A stretch of DNA of 62,870 nucleotides, the filler included, from Dimargaris cristalligena (Eukaryota): assembly GCA_003614675.1 (NCBI GenBank). It is 2 parts of 2 records of this genome, joined end to end, with 100 filler letters (N's around TTAATTAATTAA, not from the genome) between each part and the next. Parts side by side here need not be neighbours in the genome. Positions count along the whole stretch, not along the records: positions 1 to 31,394 come from ML002440.1; positions 31,495 to 62,870 come from ML002441.1. One strand, given 5' to 3'. The notes beneath the pieces are model-generated. The model saw only the letters and a list, made by a program, of their open reading frames with translations. It was not told the origin of the DNA and made no database searches. Positions 23,985-36,632 of the stretch are shown in pieces. The translations under genes were made by a program, and so were the position numbers. Every line of letters begins with the position of its first letter. Positions within the stretch are counted from its first letter, which is position 1.

Positions 23985-26849
23985 GCCTATATATTTTTAT
24001 TTATCCCTAAAGAACCCCAGAAACCGGCCTATACTTATAGATACAGTAATCGGATAGCCGCGTTACCAGCGTAGACTACCCGATTCCCCCTAAAAACACG
24101 AATGGAAAGAAGCGGGCTGACGGGAGACCCAGCTACACAAAGTCCATCCTTTTGGCGTGGCCCCATAACATTTACTAGATGGCTTCCAATCCCGACCATC
24201 CTCCCAGAATATACAAAGAGGGATTGTCCTTCTCGTCACCTTCACCTTCACTCTACACACTTCCCGCTGCTCTCTATCCACCTGGAGGCAGTGACCAATG
24301 GCTCAGCTGAAATAAGGAACTGCAGGCACGTAGGTCACCAGGGCTCTCCTTCGTCCATCCCGTGTTTTCCCAGACCACTGCTTCCAAAAAAATTATTTAG
24401 CCCTGTTTTCCCTCTCCCTCCAGCCCCCCTCCCCAATTATATCCGCCTAGGCAATGGCGATCTGCAAGGACACTGAGTCGGACTTAGCTGACCAGCTGCA
24501 CTATCGTGCAGGCGGACTTGTCGTTATTATTAGGCATGCAATAATATGCACATGGCGCTGCCCCGACGAAAAGTTTATTTCGAATTGTAGGGGGAATGTG
24601 TTACATATAATAATATATATATATATATATAGCCACCCAGCTTCTCCACAATGCCCCTATCCGCTAAGTCCGTCTAGGCATGATCAAGGGGCAAGGTGGA
24701 GAGCCCACCTGAAGCCACCGATGCATGGGCTGGTTTCTCCACAGTGGTTGCGGAGTCGGACGTGTACCGTCACGAGCGGTGAAACCCTGACATAGATAAA
24801 GATACCTAACGTAGGGTGCCGAATGCAATCCAGCGGCTTAGATTACTGCACCTCCCCTTCCTTTTATTCCGACGATCTTTTTATATATTTTTATAACCAG
24901 GAAAATTTGAGTCGTGGGTCAATAAAGGCTTGATTAATCAATTACCTGGTTCCATGGGTTGGTTGATGCCTTTGGGGTAGCAGGCCGTAAACCAAACCTA
25001 CTCCACCTTCAGCGGGTCCATTGTTAGATAGGACCAAGACGGCGGCGTGGCCGAAGGAGCCGGCATCCCTCTGCTCTCCTTGAATCCCGGTGTTATGCAT
25101 CCCTCCTGTAGCCACCACGCCATTATCTTGTATTTCTGCGCCTGTGGTTCGAATGATCATGCCTGAGTCGGGCCCGTGAACCACCGCGAATAAATCAGAG
25201 TCCTCATGGGATTGGTGACATCCGCATACCCATTTATTAGCATCCTAGGAGGATATTCTCGAAAGTGATGCATACGCCGGTTAAGGGAATCATCGACCGA
25301 GTGAATGGAAAGAATTGCAGAGAGTAGCCATCGCGACTAGATCTTACGGCCGGGCTAGGGATTGCCGATAACCAGCGCGAGTGGGACGGGATCGTGGATT
25401 CGCAAATACCAGATCATGTTCGATGTACTGATTTTCTAGGTCGCACTAATTGTATGTGTAAGCGCTGCTTTTGATCGCGAAATCTACTGTTACCTGATAG
25501 GAACGACATGCTCTTGCTAATCCCCGATATTTCATAAAGAAACTTCAAGATAAATCCTTAGATTCCTAGTTGTAGAATAATGGTACATTATTTATTGAGT
25601 GAGTGGTTGGGGGAGGGTATAGAAGGCCTACACTGTTTCACCGACTGCTGAACTCGACTAGGTTGTTGGCGTCATATCCCCCAGGTACCATTCCACCTTC
25701 CGAGGCATTCCTTTGGAGTTTCATCAATGCGGATTTCAGTGAGCCAGAATTAGCGAGGATCGCGCGTTTTGCTTTAAACCCAGTTACAAATAATCCCCAA
25801 TGTATCGTAAATGCCATTCAGAGATAAACTGCCAGGGAGACACGCCTACATATGCCATCACAGAACTGTGCATCACCTCGACTGCTTTCTTTGCAGAACC
25901 GTCGAGGCGCGGGAAACTCCTCCCCTCAGTCGAGTGTGCCAATTGGGATACCCCCCCTATTAACCAGTGACTACGTCATTTGACTCTCTTTACCGGGTTC
26001 CCCCTCTTCCTCCTTATCGGTACACTACTGTACTTGGGCGGTGGAGAAAGTGGGTCGCAGTCTCTAGGGATGATGCACCTAATGAAAATATTATTGGTAT
26101 CAAAATTTAATTGTTATTGGTAGTTATCCTCAAGCAAGGTATAGTAGAAAGAGAGTCCTGGAATCCGCCTACCCCCAAGTTCCCTGTGACAGTCAAGCGG
26201 GGAGGAGGGTGAACAGCCGGCATGGGTCAACGGCGCACTTCACTGTGGTGCCTATAGCCTGAGGAGAGCCCCCTTTCCTCTTGGACTAATGTGAGGCGGG
26301 TTCTTCTTACAAATATGGTAAGGTGTGACAGTCACTTGGAAAACCTAGTCAGCTGCTGAAAAAATAATCCCACCATGGGAACAGCCGTCCCTAGATTCCG
26401 AGGCAAGGGGCGTTGTGGTGGTGGCACAGAGCCCCTCTACCGAGTTGGTAGACGGAGGTCATAATGGCAGGGCCTTCTATAGCTCAGGCTATTTCAGCCG
26501 AGTGAGGTTGAGGGATTCCTTGCAACTACTTATGCTATTCTCCCTCGCTAGCAACCTTCCTTTTGTACCTTTACTTCTATATTTCTATACTTAGTTTCGG
26601 TATAGCTTCTTATTCCACTCCCACCGCCCCCGAGACCTATCGTCTATTTGACCGTACTGTATTCGTGGCGCACTGTCCCCTCCCTCAGCTGCCCTCGCCT
26701 CCACCCCCCACCCACCCAACTCCCTATAACGGACCCTGTGACTCTGCCTCACCAACCCATCCCGGGGATTCCTTCACCCTTAGCCCGAAAATAATATTTC
26801 CTTGTGGCAATCGCGCACTGTTACTACTACTGGTGGTTGAATTCTGGCC

Positions 26850-29719
26850 ATGGGTATGCTACGCAAGAACAACCTGCTGCTCACCGCTTCCGGGCGACCG
26901 TAAGTCGAACCCCCTTAATTTTCCTGCCACTTTTATATATTTTCGACCGCCCGGGCTTTTATCCGGCCCACACTCCCTGACCGTTTGTGGTGTTGGTAGG
27001 GCGGGGGAGGCCTCTAAGGCAATAACCCTCGACCACCTTTCTCACCCCCAGCCCGAGAAGTTCCTCGAGGGAGGGAGGGGGGGGGTGCCCCTGTATTATC
27101 GGGATTCTTTCTACTCGAAGTTCTCGGTTGCGGGAGGTATTTTAGACGTGCATTCTGCAGGTCCGCGCTCTTCATAGCGTTGGCGTACCCCCTCCAAAGC
27201 CCATACCGCACCATTAAAATGAGTTAGGCCATCTCCCCTCCTATTCCTTATGTTGGGGCATATGGGCGCTACTCTCACTAATGGGCGTGGTTTTTCCACT
27301 GTTCACCCTATTTTGGGGGTTGGACTAATGGGAGCCTGGGGTCATATGGCTAATCACGCGCGCTATTCGGTGTCACTGGAGCCAAGCCAGCTCGCTCAAG
27401 CATCCTCCCCCCTATGGTTTACATGGAATTAGGAGGAGCGACTACTATGGTCCCCCAATGGTGAATGGCACTATGGTCGGACCAAGGGGGGTGCTGGGTT
27501 ACTTGCTGGGTGTGGCTTGGTGTAGCCGCTGTGCAACCTTAGACCTATACTCGCCTCAGGACCCACCCACCCGCCCCTCCCTCACTCCCAATTCACCCCC
27601 CATTTGGCATCTCCTTTTATGATACCGTCCTCGTTGATTAAAAATATATGGACTAAACCGCACTGTAGCTAATCTATGTCCGCTTTATTATATCCATCGC
27701 CGATTGATTGACCTGTCGTATATCGCTCCGATTCCATCAATCCCCCGTAATTAGCCCGTGGTACACGTAAGTCGTTTAGGCCGATAATGTTCGACCGACC
27801 AAGTATTGTTACTAGAATCGTATGGTCAATGGCCATAGCCAACCATTTACTACCGATCGCGCAGATACTAACCCTTGCTTTGTTTCATCTACCGTATCCC
27901 TCAATATTTACCAAACCACTTGGGACAATTCCCGATTTATAGGAGCAAGGGCAAGAACTTGGATGTGTTCATTGTCGGAGTGGCAGGTAGGTTCCGATGC
28001 GTTATAATCCGAAGTGTATGAGTAGAATATCCCCTACATTCCTGAAGGTTCATTGGTGCACCGCGCATCATCACAATCATCACGTACCTTATTATTGTAG
28101 ATTGCAACTATTGTATTAAACCGAACCTGTGCTCGAAATATTTCCGCTGCTAACCACACATGTATCTATTTAGGCGGCAGTGCCAGCGGGAAAACCAGTG
28201 TAGCCGAGTAAGTAGCATCGTAGAACCTCATTTATACTACTTACCAATCGGCCCCAGAAGCGTACTTATTTGGTAGTTTAGGCCCGACCACTCCGGTCTT
28301 TTTCAGTTCTCCCACTCCCAATATTGGATTATCCAACGAAAAGGAAACCAGACCACCCTACTAACATCATACCTATAGCTTTTCTCTACCCCCTTCCACA
28401 TCATCAGAGTCATTCTCAAGTCGCTGAATGTGCCCTGGGTCGTCATTTTAAGTATGGATTCTTTCTACAAGCCCTTGACTCCTGAACAATCGGCCCGGGC
28501 CTTCCGAAACGAGCACGATTTCGACCACCCGAATTCTTTTGACTACGAGCTTCTTTTCAAGACCCTGCAGGCCCTCAAACAGGGCGAAAAAGTGGATATT
28601 CCCATCTACGACTTCAAGACCCACTCGCGCACCAACCGCACCCAGCGGGTGTACGGCGCCAATGTCGTGATTTTCGAGGGTATTTTCGCCCTCTACGATC
28701 CCGCGGTCCTATCTCTGATGGATATGAAGATTTTCGTCGATGCCGACGGCGATGTGCGCCTAGCCCGTCGTTTGCAGCGTGACGTGTCCGAACGGGGCCG
28801 TGATTTGGCCGGCGTCCTGGCCCAGTACCAGCGGTTCGTCAAACCGTCATACGAAACCTATATCCACCCCACGATGCGCAACGCCGACGTGATCGTGCCG
28901 CGCGGCCTGGCCAACCAACGGGCCATCCACCTCATTACCCAAATGATCACCAAACAGCTCCGCGAAAGCTACCTCAATTTCCGTTGGGAATTGGCCCGGG
29001 TGCCCTGTAGTGAATGTGCGTTGACCGACAAGCCGAACCTGACGGTGCTGCCCGCCACGAACCAGCTCAAGGGCTTGCACACCATTATTCGGAACCGCGA
29101 CACCTCGCGCCACGACTTTATCTTTTATTCCGAACGGCTCTGCACCCTGGTGGTGGAGCGGGGTCTGTCCCTCCTCCCCTTTACGGACGTTACCGTGACT
29201 ACCCCCACCGGCGCGCCGTACGCCGGCCAACGCCTGCAATCCCCGCGCCTCTGCGGCGTGTCCATTCTGCGGGCCGGTTCCACGATGGAATCCGGTCTGC
29301 GTAAAGTGTGCAAGGACATCGCGGTGGGGAAAATCCTGATCCAGTCGGATCCGGTGACGGGGGAACCCAAACTGCACTACTGTAAATTCCCCCGCGATTT
29401 GGCCACGTCGTACGTTTTACTCATGGACGCCCTGGTGGGAACGGGGGCCGCCGCCTTGATGGCCATTCGGGTGTTGTTGGACCACCGGGTCCCCGAGGAC
29501 CATATCATCTTCCTCAACCTGCTGGCGGCACCCCAGGGTATTCACGCCGTCACTAAGGCATTCCCCCAGGTCCGTATCGTATCGTCCATGGTCGACCCCC
29601 ATCTATCGGTTGATAAACTGTACATTGAACCCGGTTTAGGTAACTTCGGCGACCGTTACTTCGGTACGGAACCGGCGGAGTCGGCTACCGGATCGAACAC
29701 TCCGACCGTCCTGGCTTAA
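26850..29719 (+). CDS. URK1: Uridine kinase / uracil phosphoribosyltransferase-like fusion (Urk1/UCKL1); exons 26850-26899, 27755-27766, 27943-27986, 28174-28207, 28408-29719
   Basis: Splicing rebuilds SGRPPWY and the P-loop GVAGGSASGKTSVA; also LSMDSFY, DFDHP, FEGIF, SILRAG and PGLGNFGDRYFG. Confidence 0.93.
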
Positions 29720-30723
29720 ATAGAGCAAGAAGGGGGGCGATGAAGGAATACCATAGTCGGGGCAAAAAGACACCCCTCCCGACTAGTAAGATACGGGATA
29801 TAAAGAATAGGGCGGTTGTTCTATCACCCACCCTCCGTGTCTTTAGAGAATATATATTCTACTTGGCATAGTCAGTGGGAATCAAACATATACAACCTTT
29901 AGTATAGATTTTAACTAAAGGCAGTCTTATGTTTTTTTTTAAAAAAGAATCTTACCGCTAGGCCGCAAAATATCTCCCTTTTCATCGCCTCTCCCCTTTC
30001 ACTGCCTTTTGACTCAATCAAATTATATATATATATATATATATTCCGTCCATTTATGTTGATTATTTACCACAACTGAGTGTTTTTACTATTTTTGGTT
30101 TACCTGGTGTATTTTTCATTTCTTTTATCTATCAAAGGGGCCCGTTGTCCGCCACCCACTAAATACGATTTCTATTGAAATGCCTGGCAATGACCTGACT
30201 AAACGCCGTTGGAGTAGGATAAATGATATATGGAAGGGGTTCAACCAGACTGTATTACGAATATTCCGTTAGATGAGACAGATACCACTGGTTAGGTACG
30301 AATCACCCGCCTATTTCTACACACATATCACTCAATATCTTATACAGTTGGGCCAAATTTAGCGAAAATGCAGTAGTTTACAGTTGACAAATACGGATGG
30401 CCCAAGGCTTAACTCTAGAGGTCATCTATTCCGTAGGAATGCATGTCAGATTGGGTACAGGGGATACGTTCACCATTTGCAACCAGAGCTGAGCACGATG
30501 TATAGTATTGCCCTAGAAAAAACTAAATCATCCATTAAATCAAGAGCTCACCAACATCTATTATTAATTATAATGTATTTATGTATGAACAGTATGATAA
30601 ATGATTAAAACGATGTGATATAATAAAATTTGGTATAAATTAACAACATAGTGATCCACAACCCAATAGAGGGGTATGGTATATAAATATAGGTATAGAG
30701 TTGCGAACTAACCGCCTATTCCA

Positions 30724-31394
30724 CTACGGCGGCCTATCGTCCGTCTGGGTCTTGGTCCACATTTCAGCGTAAATACCGCCCTTGGCCACTAGCTCACAAT
30801 GCGTGCCAAGTTCGGCCACCTTGCCGTGGTCCAGGACAACAATTTGGTCAGCATCCATAATCGTTGAAATCCGGTGGGCAATAATCACCGTTGTGCGAGA
30901 GTCCTTGGAATTTCGAATATACTTCATGATATCAGTCTCCATGGCGGTGTCCAGAGCGGCCGTGGCCTCATCCAGAAGCAATATGGGTGCTTTTTTGACC
31001 AGGGCCCGCGCAATTCCCATGCGCTGTAGTTCACCGCCGCTCATTTGTTTACCGTTGCCACTCAGCCTGGAGTCGAAGCCATTCTTACGTTCCATAATCG
31101 TATCGTAGAGACGTACCGCCTTGGCCACCTCAATTACGTCGGCCTTAGAGGCCAATTCGCCCCTATTGACAGTACCATAGGCGATGTTATAGTAAATGGT
31201 GCCGGGGAACGACACGAAGGATTGACTCACATACGCAATTTGGGAGCGCAAATCGCGCTGGGCCACTCGACGAATATCCTGGCCGTCGATGAGAATAGCT
31301 CCCTCCGACACATCCATCATACGCATGATTAAATTGAGCAGTCGACTTGCCATGTCCGCTTATACCTACGATGGCAGTGATGCGTCCGGCTGGA
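30724..31394 (-). pseudogene. Partial paralog of the ABCB transporter (NBD only), truncated at the contig end and frameshifted just after Walker A
   Basis: Highly similar to 6991-7650. Walker A GISGHGKS is out of frame with LLNLIMRM; 2 nt are missing near 31341 relative to copy 1. Confidence 0.7.
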
Positions 31395-31494
31395 NNNNNN
31401 NNNNNNNNNNNNNNNNNNNNNNNNNNNNNNNNNNNNNNTTAATTAATTAANNNNNNNNNNNNNNNNNNNNNNNNNNNNNNNNNNNNNNNNNNNN
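31395..31494. other. Artificial assembly linker or gap
   Basis: 44 N + TTAATTAATTAA (stops in all six frames) + 44 N = exactly 100 nt. Confidence 0.95.
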
Positions 31495-34400
31495 AAAATA
31501 CTAATAATTACTAAATTTCTTCCCTCAAAATACATCAACACTTAACACTCTCTCTTCAATGCCGTGCCTCCCCATTCGTTCCTCTGGACCTAGCGTCCCA
31601 CCTTCATCCGGCCCGGGTACACCGCCATCCACGCCCCAGCATTCTGCACTCGAGCAAGGTACGCCAGTCCGTAATCCGAATCCTAGCGGTGGATTAGATG
31701 ATCCCAACGCCAACACAGATACACGGAGAAGTAATAACAGGGAACAATGCCCATAAACTGTGATAGCGTATAGTGCCACCAACTTGTCTACCATTAAGCA
31801 CTAGGGATTGGTCATCTGTTTAAATGATGAGCAGTATTATAATGGGGGGGGGTCGAGGGGGATGAGGAAGTAATTACCTTGGGACTTCAGTCCGAGGGGG
31901 GAATAATCGAAGACCAAGAATTAGTGGATTAACTTTTATAGATATTTGATTTAAACATAACCGGTTCCGGGATTTCAGAACCCTTGTCTCGTTTTATACT
32001 TCCGGGGATCTGTAGTGGTCCTCGGGGTCGGCTACCGATCACGCATCGTGTGGCGGGGTTGCTTGGTCCACAGAGTCACGTGGAGGAGCGGCCCCTCTTG
32101 CGGTTGCAGTATTATGTAATTGGCAATATCAGATAGCTTGGATAATGATAATATGTTTACACTGTAGAATGATGTAAAGTGAGGAAAATCCTACGCCTGC
32201 GGATAACACCTTCCCCAACTCATGTTTCAAAGTTCCTGCTATTACACTTAGGCCAAGGTGGGCCAGCTACTGACGTCAGTTTGCCGAGTCGGATAATTTA
32301 TTTTATACTTCAAGTTCATTTATATGGGGTCGACTGTAGTAGTAGCTATTAGCGGCGTATATTTCCTGGTGGGGTCAGGTGGCCATATCCAGCAGTTTCA
32401 CTAGCTGTGTCAGCCGGGAGACAGGTCGCTCAGAATAAGGACCTGTAATATCCACCCGCATCCCCAAACTTGGTGCCAATAAATTCGACCGTTGTACCCA
32501 TATAAAAGCACTAGTCGAAAATTATATTTATTGTACGCATACACTAGTTTCGACTGACATTGGTCCTTCCTAATGGAACTACCCTCAACTACATCCTCAG
32601 TTGAGAAATAGATAAGGCTATTTTACATAATGATGAAAATGCATGACCATATTGGCCTAACAGAAACATATTATTCAATGCCAGTTCAATTCTAGGGCCA
32701 AACTCGCCACCGCCTTACACCCCATTACCCCCTCCCTCTCCCTCCCCTGGTGGCGCTCTTCCATTAAGAAGACCTAAAGGCTGGTTCGCTAATAAGCCTG
32801 CTTCAGCTCATGGTTGACCCATGTTCGTACTAAGAACATACAGGGTGTTGCTTTTCTAAAATTGCTGCAGACCTAAACAGAACAATAGGGTAACGGGGGA
32901 CTAGGCAGGTCCCATTGCTTGGGGTATGCTTCAGGTATGTGGGATACAAGGGCCTATCGGTTAGACTGTACAGGTGTTGCTTTACAAAACACGGCGGTTT
33001 GGGCCTCATTCAATAGGGCGGCTACGTTCGAGATGGCCGGTACAGCCGCTCTATTTAGTTTATCCGGGCCGGGTACCCGACAGCGCCTTCTACAGTCCAG
33101 ACCTCGGTCCATTTAATCAATTTGTAAGTGCGGCACCCACACCGACGAAGAGAGCTGGGTCTCTGGCGGGCTTACCTACTACCGTTGCCCCCTCCCCCTT
33201 TCCAGCCGACTCCCCGATTAATTTTCAATATTAACATAAAAGATAGAGTGGGTGATACCTAATCGGTAGGATTTGCACCATTGTCACCTCCGTGTGTAGT
33301 ATAGCTATGATGTAGCCCACGGTCTTTTAGTTGAGCCGGCGATACAGCTTCCGCATAATGGGCATTAGAGAAAAAAACGTGACTAGGAGGATGTGTTCGC
33401 TCTTTAATTTTTCTGGTTTACTAATTAGCGAGAAAATTATACGAGCACGTAGGCGGCTTGGCCCAAATAAGGCAGGGATTGCGGAGAAAAGGAATTTGGC
33501 GCTGTGTCGCATTCGCTAGTTCAATTGTTTCAAGTAACAATAAATATAATCGCTTACTATGCTCATGCTAATGTTAATGGCTATTATTCTAAACAGGGGT
33601 TGTAATCGCTTTCGTCATTTCACTATGCACACTGGTGTTCAATTGACCATCCCTCCCGATGGAGAACTGCAACGTTACTAATGTTTCTATATTCGGCATA
33701 GTTGATGAGGTGGGGAGTATCACGCTGACAATCCACCAGTTGATACTTGTGCGTAGAAATTCAGCACCCAACATGGCTTGACTAGGCCATAGTTGTAAAG
33801 GGGGGGGTAGAGATAACACCATCTACCTTATTCACGATTATTCATTAAAGACGGCTGTATATTTACCCGCTCTCAGTGAACCATCGGTTCACTTTATGCG
33901 ACGGTAGTCTTGACCCGCCTAACCTTATGAAGCAGTGATAGGCCGCATTGGGAGTGGCAGCCGCTCGACCGTAAGCGTTTTCTTATCGCCATGGTGGGCT
34001 TGCGCTTCAGACCATCCAACCTTACAGTGATAATATTTAAGCCGATCGTCCTTCTACTCAGTAAGTGATTGACCTGCTATACCGACTAAAGCCGCCCCTC
34101 TCATTTTTCCAAACTCCAAGCTAAAGGTGAACGCGGCGTTGAATAGGCCAATCTTGAATTTATCAAAGATGCCTCAGTAGTCTCCATCACACGGGGGAGG
34201 AAGGGTAATAACCAGGGCGAACCCAATGGGCGAATGTTTAAGAGGAAAATCCTTACCTTAATGGATCGGGACTTGCTAGGCAAAGGCGAGAAAAGTGCAA
34301 GGGCACTTAACTCTCTCCTGTTGCCTTCTTTCCCTTCCCTTTTTTTTATATATTGTAGATTCTCAGACTTGGCCGTAGTCTAGAGTAGCCTAAGTCCCAG

Positions 34401-35318
34401 ACAGGATTTCCGGGACCTTAGGTCAGTTGAATGAGAAACACACCAGGGTGATAAATCACTGGAAGGCGAGAAATAGGCCCAGACTTGAGGCATACCCATT
34501 TGGGGTCGCCTCCAATGCATCAACTAGCCGCCGGAAATGATATTGGTGGGGATCAAAAACTTATAAATAGACATGAGTTCGCCACCCTCCAATGATTCCT
34601 TAATATCTTATTTTGTATCCCTCTCATCCACCGAAGCGTAGCATCTGGTCTGTTCCTTCATCTATTCTTCATCCCCATCTTATCCCTTTCACTTTGCTGT
34701 GTTTCGGTGGCTATTTTTATGTGCTAGTTTTGTTGCTCATTAGTTCCTGCTACATTTAATTTTAGTAATAATCTCCACAACCCTCCACTTATCTGTCCAC
34801 TTTTCGATATTTTGATACCCTTGAAGCTGTGCTTTTTGGATATCGTATTCCTACTCTGATTTTTACTAACATTAGTTGTCGCACGAACTTAATTCACCCA
34901 TATATCAGTTCATATAACTGGCCTAGTTTCAAATTACTATAATCTATAGTTTGATTTTTTACTAACCGGTATTTATCAACTGTTTGGGTCTTCATTCCTA
35001 GTTGGATCCTTCTCGAATAAGATTTCTACCCCTAATTTCTATTATCCCTCCCTCCAATACACTCGTTATACTGGTTATAGCGATTTCGGGATTCCAAGCT
35101 TATCTATATCTTATCTTATAACTACCCAGTTATTTCTATTAATTCCAATCCACTCCGGCAGTTGGTTTGAATACTTTCCTTCAACGTTTTCGATATAATT
35201 TGTTCGTAACCACTATTTCGGATACATACTCTCCCGTACCTCCCTATAGTGCATATCCCTGAACCGATTCCGTCCATTTAGTTGTCACTCTATATATACT
35301 CGGGTTGTCACCGCAATA

Positions 35319-36632
35319 ATGCAGTTCAAATACTTTGTCACAATTGCCACACTGGCCATGGCCAGTTCCGTGGTCAATGCCCACGAATACATCACCAGCC
35401 ACTGCATTCGCGGTAGTCCCGAGGCCCAGTGCCAGGGTAAGTCCGGAGCTCCCGATTACGATAGCGCCTCCCCTATCGCCTCGGACGGCGTCGCCAGCAT
35501 GCCCCTTTGCCGTTACCCTAAGGGCGAGACCGTGTCCACTTTCAAGGCGGGTGAAACCATTTCCCTGAAAATGAACAACGGTGCCGTACACGGGGGAGGC
35601 CACTGTGAAGTGTCCATTTCCATCAACGACAAGGACTTCGTTTCCATTCGTACCAAGCTTACCAAGTGCATGGTGGACGTCGAAGGCGTCAGCTTGACGG
35701 CCGTTATCCCCGCAACCGCTCCTACTCTCGCCAAGGCCACTTTGGCTTGGACCTGGATTAACGCCACGGGTAACCGGGAGTTCTACATGAACTGTATCGA
35801 TGTTTCCATCGAAGGGGTTGCCGGCGGTTCCATTGTGGGCCCCCTTATCGTGCTGGCCAATTATCCCGTCAATGGCCCCCCTGTCATGATTGGCGAATTC
35901 GAGTTCGGTGCTGACCCCCGCGTGGATCTGTACAATAACCGTCCGCAGGTGACCCTGACCGCTGACGGAATCACCAGCGGAAGCGCTCCCGCCACTACCC
36001 CAGTGGCCGCCCCTGCTGCTACCACCACCGCCACTAGCTCTACCACGGCTGATACCCCGGATACCACGCCCACTGGTACTCCTACCGATACCACTCCAGT
36101 TGCCAATACTGACGCGACTCCTACCGATACACCGACCGATACTGATACTACGCCAGTCGCTATCACCGACGAGACTCCCGTTGATACTCCCACAGGTACT
36201 CCTACTGACACTACTCCGGCTGCTAACACCGATATGACTCCTACCGATACCCCCACTGGCACCGATATTCTTCCAGTCCCTACCACTGATGAGATTCCCG
36301 TTGAGACTCCTACTGACACTACTCCAGTTGCTAACACCGATGTGACTCTTACCGAAACCCCCACTGGCACCGATATCCTCCCAGTCCCCACCACCGATGA
36401 GATTCCCGTCGAGACTCCTACTGACACTACTCCAGTTGCTAATACCGACGTGACTCCTACCGAGACTACTGCTGATGCTACCACCGACGAGACTCCCATC
36501 GATACCCCTACCGATACTACTCCAGTCGCCAACACTGATGTTACCCCACCCACTACTACCACTACGGAATCGTCCCCTACCCCTACCACTGAAAAGCCCA
36601 AGTGTCGCCCCCGCCCCAAAGTTACCGCTTAA
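35319..36632 (+). CDS. Secreted AA11-type lytic polysaccharide monooxygenase with Thr/Pro/Asp-rich tail
   Basis: Signal peptide ends VNA|H, exposing His1; AVHGGGHCEVS; LAWTWINATGNREFYMNCIDV. Confidence 0.88.
   Translation: MQFKYFVTIATLAMASSVVNAHEYITSHCIRGSPEAQCQGKSGAPDYDSASPIASDGVASMPLCRYPKGETVSTFKAGETISLKMNNGAVHGGGHCEVSISINDKDFVSIRTKLTKCMVDVEGVSLTAVIPATAPTLAKATLAWTWINATGNREFYMNCIDVSIEGVAGGSIVGPLIVLANYPVNGPPVMIGEFEFGADPRVDLYNNRPQVTLTADGITSGSAPATTPVAAPAATTTATSSTTADTPDTTPTGTPTDTTPVANTDATPTDTPTDTDTTPVAITDETPVDTPTGTPTDTTPAANTDMTPTDTPTGTDILPVPTTDEIPVETPTDTTPVANTDVTLTETPTGTDILPVPTTDEIPVETPTDTTPVANTDVTPTETTADATTDETPIDTPTDTTPVANTDVTPPTTTTTESSPTPTTEKPKCRPRPKVTA
36251..36466 (+). repeat. 108-bp (36 aa) coding tandem duplication in the LPMO tail
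   Basis: TPTGTDILPVPTTDEIPVETPTDTTPVANTDVT occurs near 36251 and 36359, within further DTTPVANTD units spanning ~36050-36545. Confidence 0.85.

Noticed and set aside
24942-25184. 80-aa minus-strand ORF as a gene or transposon fragment
   Set aside because: GTG start and no recognisable domain or terminal repeats.
26563-27177. 204-aa ORF upstream of URK1
   Set aside because: Non-ATG start; it overlaps the URK1 leader, exon 1 in another frame and intron 1.
28847-29377. Long antisense ORFs over URK1 (likewise over the arrestin, PCT1, MED1 and 41936-46002)
   Set aside because: Expected from GC3-rich codon usage; no recognisable motifs.
31439-31450. TTAATTAATTAA as a biological palindrome or transposon target site
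   Set aside because: It is centred in a symmetrical N run totalling 100 nt, which marks an artificial linker.
31559-31756. 65-aa Pro/Ser-rich ORF at the start of the right contig
   Set aside because: No signal peptide or motif, and its upstream context is lost in the gap; it cannot be supported.
35861-36619. 252-aa Val/Gly/Ser-rich minus-strand ORF
   Set aside because: Antisense shadow of the Thr/Pro/Asp repeats of the LPMO.
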